Assembly: GCA_020635725.1 (NCBI GenBank)
Contig: JACJZF010000001.1
Span: 505,947 to 569,946, forward strand
Origin: Flavobacteriales bacterium
Lineage (GTDB): Bacteria; Bacteroidota; Bacteroidia; Flavobacteriales_F; PHOS-HE28
Reading direction: 5' to 3'
Length of the DNA: 64,000 nucleotides
In this document: in pieces, positions 18,750-27,721 of the stretch
Layout of the letters: every line of letters begins with the position of its first letter
Numbering within the stretch: the stretch's first letter is position 1
Translations under genes and position numbers: made by a program
The notes under the pieces: model-generated
Seen by the model: the letters and a program-made list of their open reading frames with translations, nothing else
The model's database searches: none
Told to the model about the DNA's origin: nothing

Positions 18750-19317
18750 CTTCCTGGCGTTTGAGCATGAGGCCCGGGATGATGTAGCCCAGTACCATGG
18801 CCCCGCAGTATAGGGCGGTGAGGATGCCGGCCTCCGTGGTGAAGTGCATGGCGATGCCGCAGGCCCAGAACAGCAATCCGCCGAGGATGAGCGGCCGGAA
18901 ACGGAGGATCTGGCCGGTAAGGAAGGTGGGCAGCCCGGTAAGCAGGGTGATGGGGGCCCCGGGGTCGATACCGTTGCGGAGCGTGCCGAAGAGCAACAGC
19001 AGCATGGTGATGACGAAGCCGCCCCAAACCCAGCCGACGATCCGGTCCATCGGGTTGTTCACCGGCTCATGCTTCGATTGGCGCGCGCCATAAACGGAAC
19101 TGATAAGGCCCCCTGCAATGCCTGCCACACCCCAAGGCAGACCATGCCGGATCGATGGCTCAAGGTCGTCCAGCAGGTAAGTGGCGAGCATGGCGCCGGT
19201 GAGCAGCACGCCCCAGAGCAGGAAGTAGAAACTCAGGCGACTGAAGCTGCGCTTGGCCTGTCCGATCATGCTTTCGATGACTTTCAGGCTCTCTTCGGGT
19301 GTGAGGGTCTGTTCCAT
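18730..19317 (-). CDS. Hypothetical integral membrane protein, overlapping and co-oriented with the regulator
   Basis: Four to five transmembrane helices. 20-nt overlap with the downstream regulator. Confidence 0.45.
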   Translation of the reverse strand: MEQTLTPEESLKVIESMIGQAKRSFSRLSFYFLLWGVLLTGAMLATYLLDDLEPSIRHGLPWGVAGIAGGLISSVYGARQSKHEPVNNPMDRIVGWVWGGFVITMLLLLFGTLRNGIDPGAPITLLTGLPTFLTGQILRFRPLILGGLLFWACGIAMHFTTEAGILTALYCGAMVLGYIIPGLMLKRQEDGLRTA

Positions 19318-19392
19318 GGCGGTGATGTTTGGTGATGCAAGTATATAGATAAGTTTATGTGATAAACAATAAGCGGTGAGGATCTTTGCGGC

Positions 19393-20040
19393 ATGCGAAT
19401 TCTACTGGCAGGGGCATCGGGTCTGGTAGGCGCTTCCGTGCTGGAACGCGCGCTGGCCTCTCCCCAGGTCTCCGGGTTGGTCCTGCTTGCCCGGCGACCC
19501 AGCGGGCAGGTCCATCCGAAGCTCTCCGAATGGCCGAGTACGCCCGGCGACCTGCTCACGGCGCTTCGTGCGGAGCCGGTAGACGCGGTGATCTGCAGCT
19601 TGGGGACCACCATGCGCGACGTAGGCGGTGACAAGGCCAGGTTCATCCACGTGGACAAGGACTTGGTGGTCGGGCTGGCGCGCTGGGCGAAGGAGCGCGG
19701 GGTGCGGGACTTCGCGGTGGTGAGCGCCATAGGGGCCGATGCGGGATCGCGGGTCTTCTATAACCGCGTGAAAGGCGAGATGGAGGCGGAACTGAAGGCC
19801 ATCGGTCTACCTGCCGTGCACATCTTCCATCCGTCGATCCTCACCGGGCCGCGCAAGGAGAAACGGTTCGGTGAGCGCGTGGGGATTGTGGTCATGAGCG
19901 CGATCGCGCCACTGCTTCCTGCGCGCTACAGGCCCATGCCGCATGATGTGCTGGGACGGGCGCTCTTGAATTGCATCGGCCAGCCGAGCGCGACGTACAC
20001 CTATTCCGGGATCCGCGCGCTCGCAGCCATCAGAAGTTGA
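19393..20040 (+). CDS. NAD(P)H-binding oxidoreductase (atypical SDR/HTATIP2-like)
   Basis: N-terminal ILLAGASGLVG Rossmann motif. Confidence 0.6.
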   Translation: MRILLAGASGLVGASVLERALASPQVSGLVLLARRPSGQVHPKLSEWPSTPGDLLTALRAEPVDAVICSLGTTMRDVGGDKARFIHVDKDLVVGLARWAKERGVRDFAVVSAIGADAGSRVFYNRVKGEMEAELKAIGLPAVHIFHPSILTGPRKEKRFGERVGIVVMSAIAPLLPARYRPMPHDVLGRALLNCIGQPSATYTYSGIRALAAIRS

Positions 20041-21304
20041 CCAAGCGCCCGTGCGCCGAGGCCAGCTCCGATTCATCGAGGCGATTGCTCAGGCTGTCGC
20101 GCAGGATGTTGAATGCGGGCCTCTCCGCGGCAGCGATGGGCTCCGCGCTCGGCAGCTCCTCGCGCCGGGGATCCACCTGCACGCCGTTCTTCCAGAATCG
20201 GTAGCACACATGCGGTCCGGTGGCCAAGCCGGTGCTGCCCACCTCGCCGATCACATCGCCCTGCTGCACGCGTTGCCCCTGCCGCACCAGGATCTTGCGC
20301 ATGTGGAGGTATTGCGTGCTGTAGGTGCCGTTGTGCCGGATCTTCACGAAGTTGCCGTTGCCGCCCGTGCGGCCGGCCTGTTCTACAATGCCATCGCCCA
20401 CAGCGAGGATCGGCGTGCCGTAGGGCGCGGCGTAATCGGTGCCCAAGTGTGCCTTGAACACCTTTTGCACGGGGTGAAGCCGCTTGCGCGTGAACCCTGA
20501 GGTGATCCGGCTGAACTTGAGGGGAGCCTTGAGGAAGGCTTTGCGCAGGCTGTTGCCGTCGTCATCGAAGTACTGCGCGCCCTTGCCCTCGCCATAGCGG
20601 AAGGCATCCTTCACGGTGCCGGCACTGCTGTAGCGCGCGGCCAGGATCGTGGGCTGGCCCACGCGTTCGCCTTCCACGGTGCGCTCCTCGTACACCACGC
20701 TGAACACATCGCCCTTCTGGATCCGGTAGAAATCAACCGTCCACGCGAACACCTCGCTGAGCAGCATGGCCAGGGCCGGGTCGGCGCCAGCGGTCGCGAG
20801 GTCGTTATACAGCGCGCCGGTCACCGTGCAGGCAATGCCGTGCTCGCTGAAGGTCACCGGGCGTGAACCCTGGCGCACGCCCAGGCTATCGGGCTGCAAG
20901 TCGAAGACGAGGTAGTCGATTGGATCCACCTCATAGATGAAGTGACTGGGCAGTCCGCCCCCTTCGGGTGCGATGAAGGCGTAGGGATGACCGGCGCGCA
21001 GCAGTCGAACATCGAACACATCGCGCGCGTGCTCCACGAGGCTATTCACCAAGGTCATCGGTAGGCCTTGTGCGGCGAGCAGATGGCTGAAGGAGGAGCC
21101 GCTGGGAACGCGTCCTTCCAGAAGCTTGCGGCCTTCCATGACGATGCCGTAGGCCGTGGGTGAAGGAAGCGGAACGGTAGCCGTATCGGGCTCCACGGCA
21201 TCGGCCACATACTCCTCATGCGGCGCCAGGTCCACCCCGATGAACAGGTACACGGCACCGGCGAGCGCCGCCGCGCCCAGCCCCCACTTCATCCAGCGCT
21301 TCAT
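20030..21304 (-). CDS. M23-family peptidase
   Basis: HLGTDYAAPYGTPILAVGDG...YLHM...GSTGLATGPH zinc-site motifs. N-terminal transmembrane segment. Confidence 0.8.
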   Translation of the reverse strand: MKRWMKWGLGAAALAGAVYLFIGVDLAPHEEYVADAVEPDTATVPLPSPTAYGIVMEGRKLLEGRVPSGSSFSHLLAAQGLPMTLVNSLVEHARDVFDVRLLRAGHPYAFIAPEGGGLPSHFIYEVDPIDYLVFDLQPDSLGVRQGSRPVTFSEHGIACTVTGALYNDLATAGADPALAMLLSEVFAWTVDFYRIQKGDVFSVVYEERTVEGERVGQPTILAARYSSAGTVKDAFRYGEGKGAQYFDDDGNSLRKAFLKAPLKFSRITSGFTRKRLHPVQKVFKAHLGTDYAAPYGTPILAVGDGIVEQAGRTGGNGNFVKIRHNGTYSTQYLHMRKILVRQGQRVQQGDVIGEVGSTGLATGPHVCYRFWKNGVQVDPRREELPSAEPIAAAERPAFNILRDSLSNRLDESELASAHGRLVNF

Positions 21305-21374
21305 GGAGCGGCAAGAAACAGCAGCGCCCCGGCCATTCGGCCCGGGGCGCTGCTGCGCTTTCCACGATGCGGTG

Positions 21375-22199
21375 TTACAGCTTGGCGATGGGGTGCGCGA
21401 GGCCTTCGTATCCGCTCAGCTCCATCTTGATCGAGCCCACCAGCACCTTGGCCTGTGCGAGCACGGGGATCTTGTTGCCATCGTCGGTGATCCACACGTT
21501 CAGGTCGTCGTTGCCCTTGAAGATGCGGCCCTCTTGCACCACGGGCTGGAACTTCATGCAGCGGTACTTGCCGTTGCGGAGTTTGATCGTCTCCTTGCCC
21601 ATGTACTTCATGCGCAGCGGCCACAGCTCATTGTCCAGGAAGCACTCGATGGTGTACACATCGCCTTCCTTGGCATTGCTGAAGTCGATCGTGCGGGCGT
21701 AGTAGAACGCGCTCAGCATGTCCTGCACGCCGGATGGTACCGCGTAGGTCTTGTTCTCCTGCGTGGTCACCTCCTTGCGGTGCTGCTTGTACATGTAGTC
21801 CTGGCTGAACTCGTAGCCCCCTTCGCTCACGCGGCGCTGGAAGATCCACGGGAACACGCCCTGAGCGTCGAAGTAGGATTCGTAGTGGTCATCCACGCGG
21901 TAGAAGGCATTGAAGGCGCCGAGGCTTCGGCCCTTGCCCACGGCGCGCCACACCTTGCGGCCCATGATGTCGGATTCGCTCTCCTTCAGCTCCACGACCG
22001 CCTCACCCGCGTTCACGATGCCGTAGTGGACCACGTAAGTGAGCTTCTCGCCGGGCTTGAAGGCGTCGTGCGTGATGGTGCGCAGCTGAACCGGCTCGGA
22101 GCCCGCATTGGGTAGCGGCGACTCAGGACGATCAACTTGGGTGAAGGCCGTTGCGAACAGGCCGAATCCCATCAGCAGGAAGGTGGACTTGCGTGCCAT
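21375..22199 (-). CDS. DUF3108 domain protein
   Basis: Signal peptide. Conserved DUF3108-like core. Lies immediately downstream of leuS. Confidence 0.6.
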   Translation of the reverse strand: MARKSTFLLMGFGLFATAFTQVDRPESPLPNAGSEPVQLRTITHDAFKPGEKLTYVVHYGIVNAGEAVVELKESESDIMGRKVWRAVGKGRSLGAFNAFYRVDDHYESYFDAQGVFPWIFQRRVSEGGYEFSQDYMYKQHRKEVTTQENKTYAVPSGVQDMLSAFYYARTIDFSNAKEGDVYTIECFLDNELWPLRMKYMGKETIKLRNGKYRCMKFQPVVQEGRIFKGNDDLNVWITDDGNKIPVLAQAKVLVGSIKMELSGYEGLAHPIAKL

Positions 22200-22257
22200 G
22201 CCCCTTTGAACGCAAAAGCGGTGCCGATCGGTACGAATACGGCCGCTGGCTCCTGCG

Positions 22258-25200
22258 CTAGACCACGATGTTCACGATGCGCTTGGGCACCACGATCACC
22301 TTCTTGGGCGCCTTGCCTTCGAGGCGTTGCTGCACCTCGGGATTGGCCAGCACGGCCGCCTCTATGCTCTTGGGGTCCAGGGCTATGGGGAATTCCAGCT
22401 GCAGGCGGGTCTTGCCGTTGAAGCTGATCGGGTAGCTGAAGCTGTCCTCCACCAGGTACTCCGCGTTCCATTGGGGCCAAGGCGCCCCGGTCACACTGTC
22501 AGCATGCCCGAGCTTCTGCCAGAGCTCCTCGGCGATGTGCGGCGCGAAGGGTGCCAGCGCGATCACCAGCGGCTCCAGCACCGCGCGCTTATCGCACTTC
22601 AGGCTGCCCAGCTCGTTCACGGCAATCATGAACTGCGCCACGCTCGTGTTGAACGACATCTTCTCGATGTCCTCGCTCACCTTCTTCAATGTGGCGTGCA
22701 GGATCTTCAGTTCGGGTTTGGTGGGGGCGTCATCGGAAACGCCGAACGCATCACCAGCGCCGTGGAACAGGTTCCAGAATTTCCGCAGGAAACGGAAGGT
22801 GCCTTCGATGCCGTTGGTGTCCCACGGTTTGCTCTGCTCCAAGGGGCCGAGGAACATCTCGTAGAGCCTCAATGTGTCGGCGCCGTACTTCTCGATGATG
22901 TCGTCGGGGTTGACGACGTTCCATCTCGACTTCGACATCTTGTCCACCTGTCGAAGGCATACAACGCGCCCCTTCCACTCAATGAACTCTGCTCTGCTAA
23001 ACAGGTTGTTCTGTTTCAGTTTGAGAATATCAACGGTCTCTTCATCTTCACCGATACACTCAATGGGTATTAGGATGCCTTTGTTGAACAAATCAGGTCG
23101 TCCGACGGAAAAGTCCGGGTAGACCTTTCCTTCGGGATAGGTGACGTTGTAGAAGTTGGTTATGTAGTCGACGACGTACTGACGTGCAGTCTTGTATTCG
23201 GCGTGATCAGGCTGGCAAAGGAGGTAGTGAAGGTCAAAGCCCATAAAGACCTCCGGTGCTTTCTCGTAGGGAAGATCCTTCGGCAAGTCTTTGTTCCCTC
23301 TGTGAAGGAATACTCTAACCAGGCCAGCAGATTTACCCTGTATCATCCCCTGATTCACCAGCTTCTTCGCGGGCTCGTCGAAGTCGATCCAACCGCGGTC
23401 GTGCAGGAATTTGGTCCAGAAGCGGAAGTAGAGCAGGTGGCCGGTGGCGTGCTCGCTGCCGCCCACGTAGAGGTCGATCTGCTTCCAATAGTTGAGGGCT
23501 TCGGGTGATGCGAAGCGCTCAGGGTTGTGCGGGTCCATGTAGCGCAGGAAGTACCAGCTGCTGCCGGCCCAGCCGGGCATGGTGGTGGTCTCGATCGGGT
23601 ATACCTCACCCCCGGCCCCTCTCCCGGGGAGAGGGGAGTAGCTCCAGTCCTTCGCGCGAGCGAGCGGAGGTTCACCTTCGGCGGTAGGTAGGAACTTGTC
23701 CACCTCGGGCAGCTTCAGCGGCAGCTCGCTCTCGGGCAGCGGGTAAGGGATGCCATCCTTGTAGTAGATGGGAATGGGCTCGCCCCAATAGCGCTGTCGG
23801 CCGAAGGCGGCATCGCGCAAACGGAAGTTCACCTTGCCTTCCCCCGCGCCGAGCTTCTCCAATTCCTGGATCGCTCGCGTGATCGCCTGCGGCACCTTCA
23901 TGCCTTTCAGGAATCCTTCGCTGCTGATGGTGGCGTCCTTGCGCTCGTCGGCCTCCTTGTCTATGTCGGCGCCCTCCGTTACGGCGATGATCGGCAGCCC
24001 GAAGTGCTTCGCGAAGCGCCAATCGCGCTGATCGCCGCCGGGCACGGCCATCACCGCGCCGGTGCCGTAGCCCGCGAGCACGTAGTCGCCAACCCATACG
24101 GGCACATCGGCGCCGGTGAAGGGGTGCTTCGCGTAGCTGCCGGTGAACACGCCGCTCACCTTGTCCACCTCGGCCTGGCGCTCGCGCTCGCTGCGGTTCT
24201 TCGCCTTCTCGACGTACGCTTCGACCTCGGCCTTGCGGTCCGCATTGGTCAGTATCGGCACCAGCTCATGCTCGGGGGCAAGGGTGATGAAGGAGACGCC
24301 GAAGAGGGTGTCGGGGCGGGTGGTGAAGACTTCGATTACCTCACCCCCCGACCCCTTCTCCGAGGGAGAAGGGGAGGAATGCGCGACGTTCGGCCGGGCA
24401 TCGAGTGTTGCTTTGATGGTATCGACAACACGCGGCAGCTCCGCCATCACCTCGTCATTCGTGAATCGCAAAACGTCGAAGCCCAACTCCTTCAACCGAG
24501 CGGTTCGTGCGGCGTCCTCTTCTTGCCGCGCCTCATGGATGCTGCCGTCCACTTCGATCACCAATCGCTTGGGCAGGGAGACGAAATCGACGATGTAGCG
24601 GTCGATGATGTGCTGCCTTCGAATGCGCCCTCCTGTCGCATGCGCTCGGATTTGCTGCCATAGCTTTTCCTCTGCTTCAGTGGGCGCTTTGCGGTTCTCT
24701 CGCGCCAGGTCCTGCAGTTTCCCTGCGACAGTTCCATCGGCGGTTAAGTAGCCAGGCCGCTCGGCCCAGGTCGGCTGAGCGGTCCCCCTCTCCCTCGGAG
24801 AGGGGTTAGGGGTGAGGGCAAATCGCACGGTAGCCCCCTCGCTGCGACCGATCCAATTGCGCTGCGCTTCCTTGATGCTCTCGCTCCAATCGAGCGTGTC
24901 GAGTCCGTCGAGCAGGCGCTGGGCGTAGGCGGTGATGCGCAGGCTCCATTGCTTCATGCGCTTGCGCTCCACGGGATGGCCGCCGCGCTCGCTCACGCCA
25001 TCCTTCACCTCGTCGTTGGCGAGCACAGTGCCCAGTGCGGGGCACCAGTTCACCCAGGCATCGCTGATGTATGCGAGGCGGAAATGCTGCAGCACGAGCT
25101 GTTTGGTGCGCTCATCGAACGACTTCCATTCCGCCGCGCTGAATTCGCCGATGAATTCCTCCACATCGCCGGTGAGCACACTGGCATCCTGACCGGTGCA

Positions 25201-25704
25201 GCCTTGAGCCTCGAAGCGCGCGATCAGTTCCGCGATGGGCCGGGCCTTGTCCAGTGCGGGGTCGTACCAGCTATCGAAGAGCTGGAGGAAGATCCACTGC
25301 GTCCACTTGTAGAACGAGGGGTCGCTGGTGCGCACCTCGCGGCTCCAATCGAAGCTGAAGCCGATGTTGTCCAACTGTTCGCGGTACCGCGCCACATTCA
25401 CCTCGGTGGTCTTCGCCGGGTGCTGGCCGGTCTGTATGGCGTACTGCTCAGCGGGCAGGCCGAAGCTGTCGTAGCCCATGGGGTGCAGCACATTGAAGCC
25501 TTGGTGCCGCTTGAAGCGCGCTACGATGTCGCTGGCGATGTAGCCGAGCGGGTGCCCCACGTGCAGCCCTGCGCCGCTGGGGTAAGGGAACATGTCGAGC
25601 ACGTAGTACTTCGGCCTGGAGGGGTTGTTCTCCACGCGGTAGGTCTTGCGCTTCGCCCATTCCGCGCGCCACTTCTTCTCGATCTCCTTGTGCTCGTAGG
25701 CCAT
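22258..25704 (-). CDS. leuS: Leucyl-tRNA synthetase with an in-frame insertion of about 160 aa containing a DUF559 domain
   Basis: MAYEHKEIEKKWRAEW...YVLDMFPYPSGAGLHVGHPLGY (HIGH motif), TTRPDTLFG, and a KMSKS-type region. At 1148 aa it is about 170 aa longer than expected. Confidence 0.9.
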   Translation of the reverse strand: MAYEHKEIEKKWRAEWAKRKTYRVENNPSRPKYYVLDMFPYPSGAGLHVGHPLGYIASDIVARFKRHQGFNVLHPMGYDSFGLPAEQYAIQTGQHPAKTTEVNVARYREQLDNIGFSFDWSREVRTSDPSFYKWTQWIFLQLFDSWYDPALDKARPIAELIARFEAQGCTGQDASVLTGDVEEFIGEFSAAEWKSFDERTKQLVLQHFRLAYISDAWVNWCPALGTVLANDEVKDGVSERGGHPVERKRMKQWSLRITAYAQRLLDGLDTLDWSESIKEAQRNWIGRSEGATVRFALTPNPSPRERGTAQPTWAERPGYLTADGTVAGKLQDLARENRKAPTEAEEKLWQQIRAHATGGRIRRQHIIDRYIVDFVSLPKRLVIEVDGSIHEARQEEDAARTARLKELGFDVLRFTNDEVMAELPRVVDTIKATLDARPNVAHSSPSPSEKGSGGEVIEVFTTRPDTLFGVSFITLAPEHELVPILTNADRKAEVEAYVEKAKNRSERERQAEVDKVSGVFTGSYAKHPFTGADVPVWVGDYVLAGYGTGAVMAVPGGDQRDWRFAKHFGLPIIAVTEGADIDKEADERKDATISSEGFLKGMKVPQAITRAIQELEKLGAGEGKVNFRLRDAAFGRQRYWGEPIPIYYKDGIPYPLPESELPLKLPEVDKFLPTAEGEPPLARAKDWSYSPLPGRGAGGEVYPIETTTMPGWAGSSWYFLRYMDPHNPERFASPEALNYWKQIDLYVGGSEHATGHLLYFRFWTKFLHDRGWIDFDEPAKKLVNQGMIQGKSAGLVRVFLHRGNKDLPKDLPYEKAPEVFMGFDLHYLLCQPDHAEYKTARQYVVDYITNFYNVTYPEGKVYPDFSVGRPDLFNKGILIPIECIGEDEETVDILKLKQNNLFSRAEFIEWKGRVVCLRQVDKMSKSRWNVVNPDDIIEKYGADTLRLYEMFLGPLEQSKPWDTNGIEGTFRFLRKFWNLFHGAGDAFGVSDDAPTKPELKILHATLKKVSEDIEKMSFNTSVAQFMIAVNELGSLKCDKRAVLEPLVIALAPFAPHIAEELWQKLGHADSVTGAPWPQWNAEYLVEDSFSYPISFNGKTRLQLEFPIALDPKSIEAAVLANPEVQQRLEGKAPKKVIVVPKRIVNIVV
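23605..23646. repeat. Solo third copy of the GC-rich hairpin motif, in-frame within leuS (encodes SPLPGRGAGGEVYP)
   Basis: cctcacccccggcccctctcccggggagaggggag, in the same orientation as the 24346-24385 copy. Confidence 0.55.
24340..24830 (-). mobile_element. In-frame insertion within leuS: a DUF559 (Vsr-like endonuclease fold) domain flanked by inverted GC-rich hairpin repeats
   Basis: Encoded segment ALTPNPSPRERG...EKLWQQIRAHATGGRIRRQHIIDRYIVDFVSLPKRLVIEVDGSIHEARQEEDAARTARLKELGFDVLRFTNDEV...SPSPSEKGSGGE. Flanking nucleotide motifs: cctcaccccccgaccccttctccgagggagaagggg (24346-24385) and its inverted counterpart cccctctccctcggagaggggttaggggtgagggc (24783-24820). Confidence 0.45.
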
Positions 25705-25784
25705 GTCCGTGATTCGATGCGCGAAAGTAGCCGGGCCTGCCCACTAGGGCCGCTTATGGCCATGCGGGATACCTTCGCCGCCCG

Positions 25785-26663
25785 ATGAGCGCCTCCCGCC
25801 GCATCAAATCGCGCACCCGCACCACCAGCCTGGGCACCGTCATCGGCATCACCTTGGTGCTGTGGATGCTCGGCATCCAGGGCTTCGTGCTCTTCAATGC
25901 CCGCGCGCTGGAGCGCTACTTCAAGGAACAGGTGAAGGTGGAGCTCTTCCTGAAACGTGACCTGAAGGAGGTGGATGTGATGCGGCTGCGCAAGGAACTG
26001 GACCTGGAGCTGTGGAGCGCCGGCAATGTGCTGGTGACCCCGGATCAGGCCGCAGCGGCCATGAAGGAGGAGCTGGGCGAGGATTTTTTGGAAGTGCTGG
26101 GCGGGGTGAGCCCCATCGACCCGAACATCCAGCTGAGCATCAAGCCTGCCTATGCGCAGCCGGACAGCATGCGCTGGATCGTGGACGGCCTGCGCAAGGA
26201 TGCGCGCCTGAACGACGTGTCCTACAACGCCGCCGTGATCGACAACATGGAGCGCAACTTCACCGCTCTGAACATCGGCGGGCTGGTGGTGCTGGGCCTG
26301 CTGCTGATCGTGGCGGTGGCGCTGATCAACAACACCATCCGACTGGCGATCCACAGCCAGCGCTTCCTGATCCGCACCATGCACCTGGTGGGCGCCACCC
26401 GCTGGTTCATCAAGCGGCCTTTCCTGCTCGGCGGCCTGTGGCAGGGCCTGGTGGCGGCGGCGCTGGCCATCGGTGGGCTATTGGCCGTGGTCTGGGGCAT
26501 CCGCCGCTATTTCCCCGACCTGCTGGCCTTCACGGATGCGACTTCCTTGGCGGCCATCTTCGCCGTGGTCATCGCCGCGGGGCTGCTCATCGCGCTGGTA
26601 TCCACGTGGATCGCCGTGGGCCGCTACCTTCGCATGGACCACGAAGCATTGCACTGGAGCTGA
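25785..26663 (+). CDS. ftsX: Cell-division protein FtsX (permease-like)
   Basis: N-terminal transmembrane helix, periplasmic domain, three C-terminal transmembrane helices. Conserved RTMHLVGATRWFIKRPF. Confidence 0.75.
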   Translation: MSASRRIKSRTRTTSLGTVIGITLVLWMLGIQGFVLFNARALERYFKEQVKVELFLKRDLKEVDVMRLRKELDLELWSAGNVLVTPDQAAAAMKEELGEDFLEVLGGVSPIDPNIQLSIKPAYAQPDSMRWIVDGLRKDARLNDVSYNAAVIDNMERNFTALNIGGLVVLGLLLIVAVALINNTIRLAIHSQRFLIRTMHLVGATRWFIKRPFLLGGLWQGLVAAALAIGGLLAVVWGIRRYFPDLLAFTDATSLAAIFAVVIAAGLLIALVSTWIAVGRYLRMDHEALHWS

Positions 26664-26669
26664 ATCAAC

Positions 26670-26927
26670 ATGGCCAAGAAGGACCACTTCAACGATCTGG
26701 CGTTCACCGCCACCAACTATCGTCTGCTGCTCATCGGCCTGGCCATCGTGGTGGTGGGCTACCTCCTCATGAGCGGCGGTGGCAACGGCGACCCCAACTC
26801 CTTCGATGCGTCTGAGATCTTCAGCGCCCGCCGCATCACCGTGGCGCCCATCGTCACGCTGGTGGGCTACCTCTTCGTGGTGTACGCCATCCTGAAGCGC
26901 GACCACAGCACGGGGGCCGGTCAATGA
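26670..26927 (+). CDS. DUF3098 small membrane protein
   Basis: 85 aa with two transmembrane helices. Conserved position between ftsX and uppP. Confidence 0.6.
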   Translation: MAKKDHFNDLAFTATNYRLLLIGLAIVVVGYLLMSGGGNGDPNSFDASEIFSARRITVAPIVTLVGYLFVVYAILKRDHSTGAGQ

Positions 26928-27718
26928 CGCTCCTGCAGGCCATCATCCTGGCCATCATCGAAGGGCTCACCGAGTTCCTGCCGGTCTCCAGCACCGGCCA
27001 CATGATCATTGGCTCGGCCATCATGGGCATCGAGAAGGATGAGTTCGTGAAGCTGTTCACGGTGGCCATCCAGTTCGGCACCATCCTCAGCGTGGTGGTG
27101 CTGTATTGGAAGCGCTTCTTCCAGAGCTTCGATTTCTACCTGAAGCTGCTCGTCGCTTTCATCCCGGCGGTGATCGCGGGCCTGCTCTTCAAGGATTACA
27201 TCGACTTGCTGCTTGAGAACGTGGTGGTGGTGGGCGTGGCGCTCTTCGTGGGCGGCATCGTCTTCCTCTTCATCGATCGGTGGGCGCCGGGCGGAACGGA
27301 TACAGGATCTCAGCCCATTGGTTGGAAGAAGGCCTTCACCATCGGCGTATGGCAGTGCGTGGCCATGGTGCCGGGCGTATCGCGCTCAGCGGCCACCATC
27401 ATCGGTGGCCTCACCCAAGGCCTCACGCGGAAGCATGCGGCCGAGTTCAGCTTCTTCCTTGCCGTGCCCACCATGTTCGCCGCTACGGTGAAGAGCCTCT
27501 ACGATTACCTGAAGGAAGGAGGCGACTTCACCCATGAGCACATGCAGCTCTTCGCCGTGGGCAACGTGGTGGCCTTCGTGGTGGCCATCATCGCCATCCG
27601 TGGCTTCATCGGCTTCCTCACCAAGCACGGCTTCAAGGCCTTCGGCTGGTACCGCATCGTGGTGGGCGGGGCCATCATCGCGCTCTACCTGCTGGGCGTG
27701 CCCATGCAGATGCTCTAG
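26924..27718 (+). CDS. uppP: Undecaprenyl-diphosphatase
   Basis: [27 protein letters not shown] BacA motif. ATGA overlap with the previous gene. Confidence 0.85.
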   Translation: MTLLQAIILAIIEGLTEFLPVSSTGHMIIGSAIMGIEKDEFVKLFTVAIQFGTILSVVVLYWKRFFQSFDFYLKLLVAFIPAVIAGLLFKDYIDLLLENVVVVGVALFVGGIVFLFIDRWAPGGTDTGSQPIGWKKAFTIGVWQCVAMVPGVSRSAATIIGGLTQGLTRKHAAEFSFFLAVPTMFAATVKSLYDYLKEGGDFTHEHMQLFAVGNVVAFVVAIIAIRGFIGFLTKHGFKAFGWYRIVVGGAIIALYLLGVPMQML

Positions 27719-27721
27719 CCG

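Noticed and set aside
24340-24830. Intein hypothesis for the leuS insertion
   Set aside because: No Cys/Ser/Thr at the N-terminal junction and no His-Asn-(Cys/Ser/Thr) at the C-terminal junction. No Hint/LAGLIDADG blocks. The fold signature is DUF559/Vsr-like instead.
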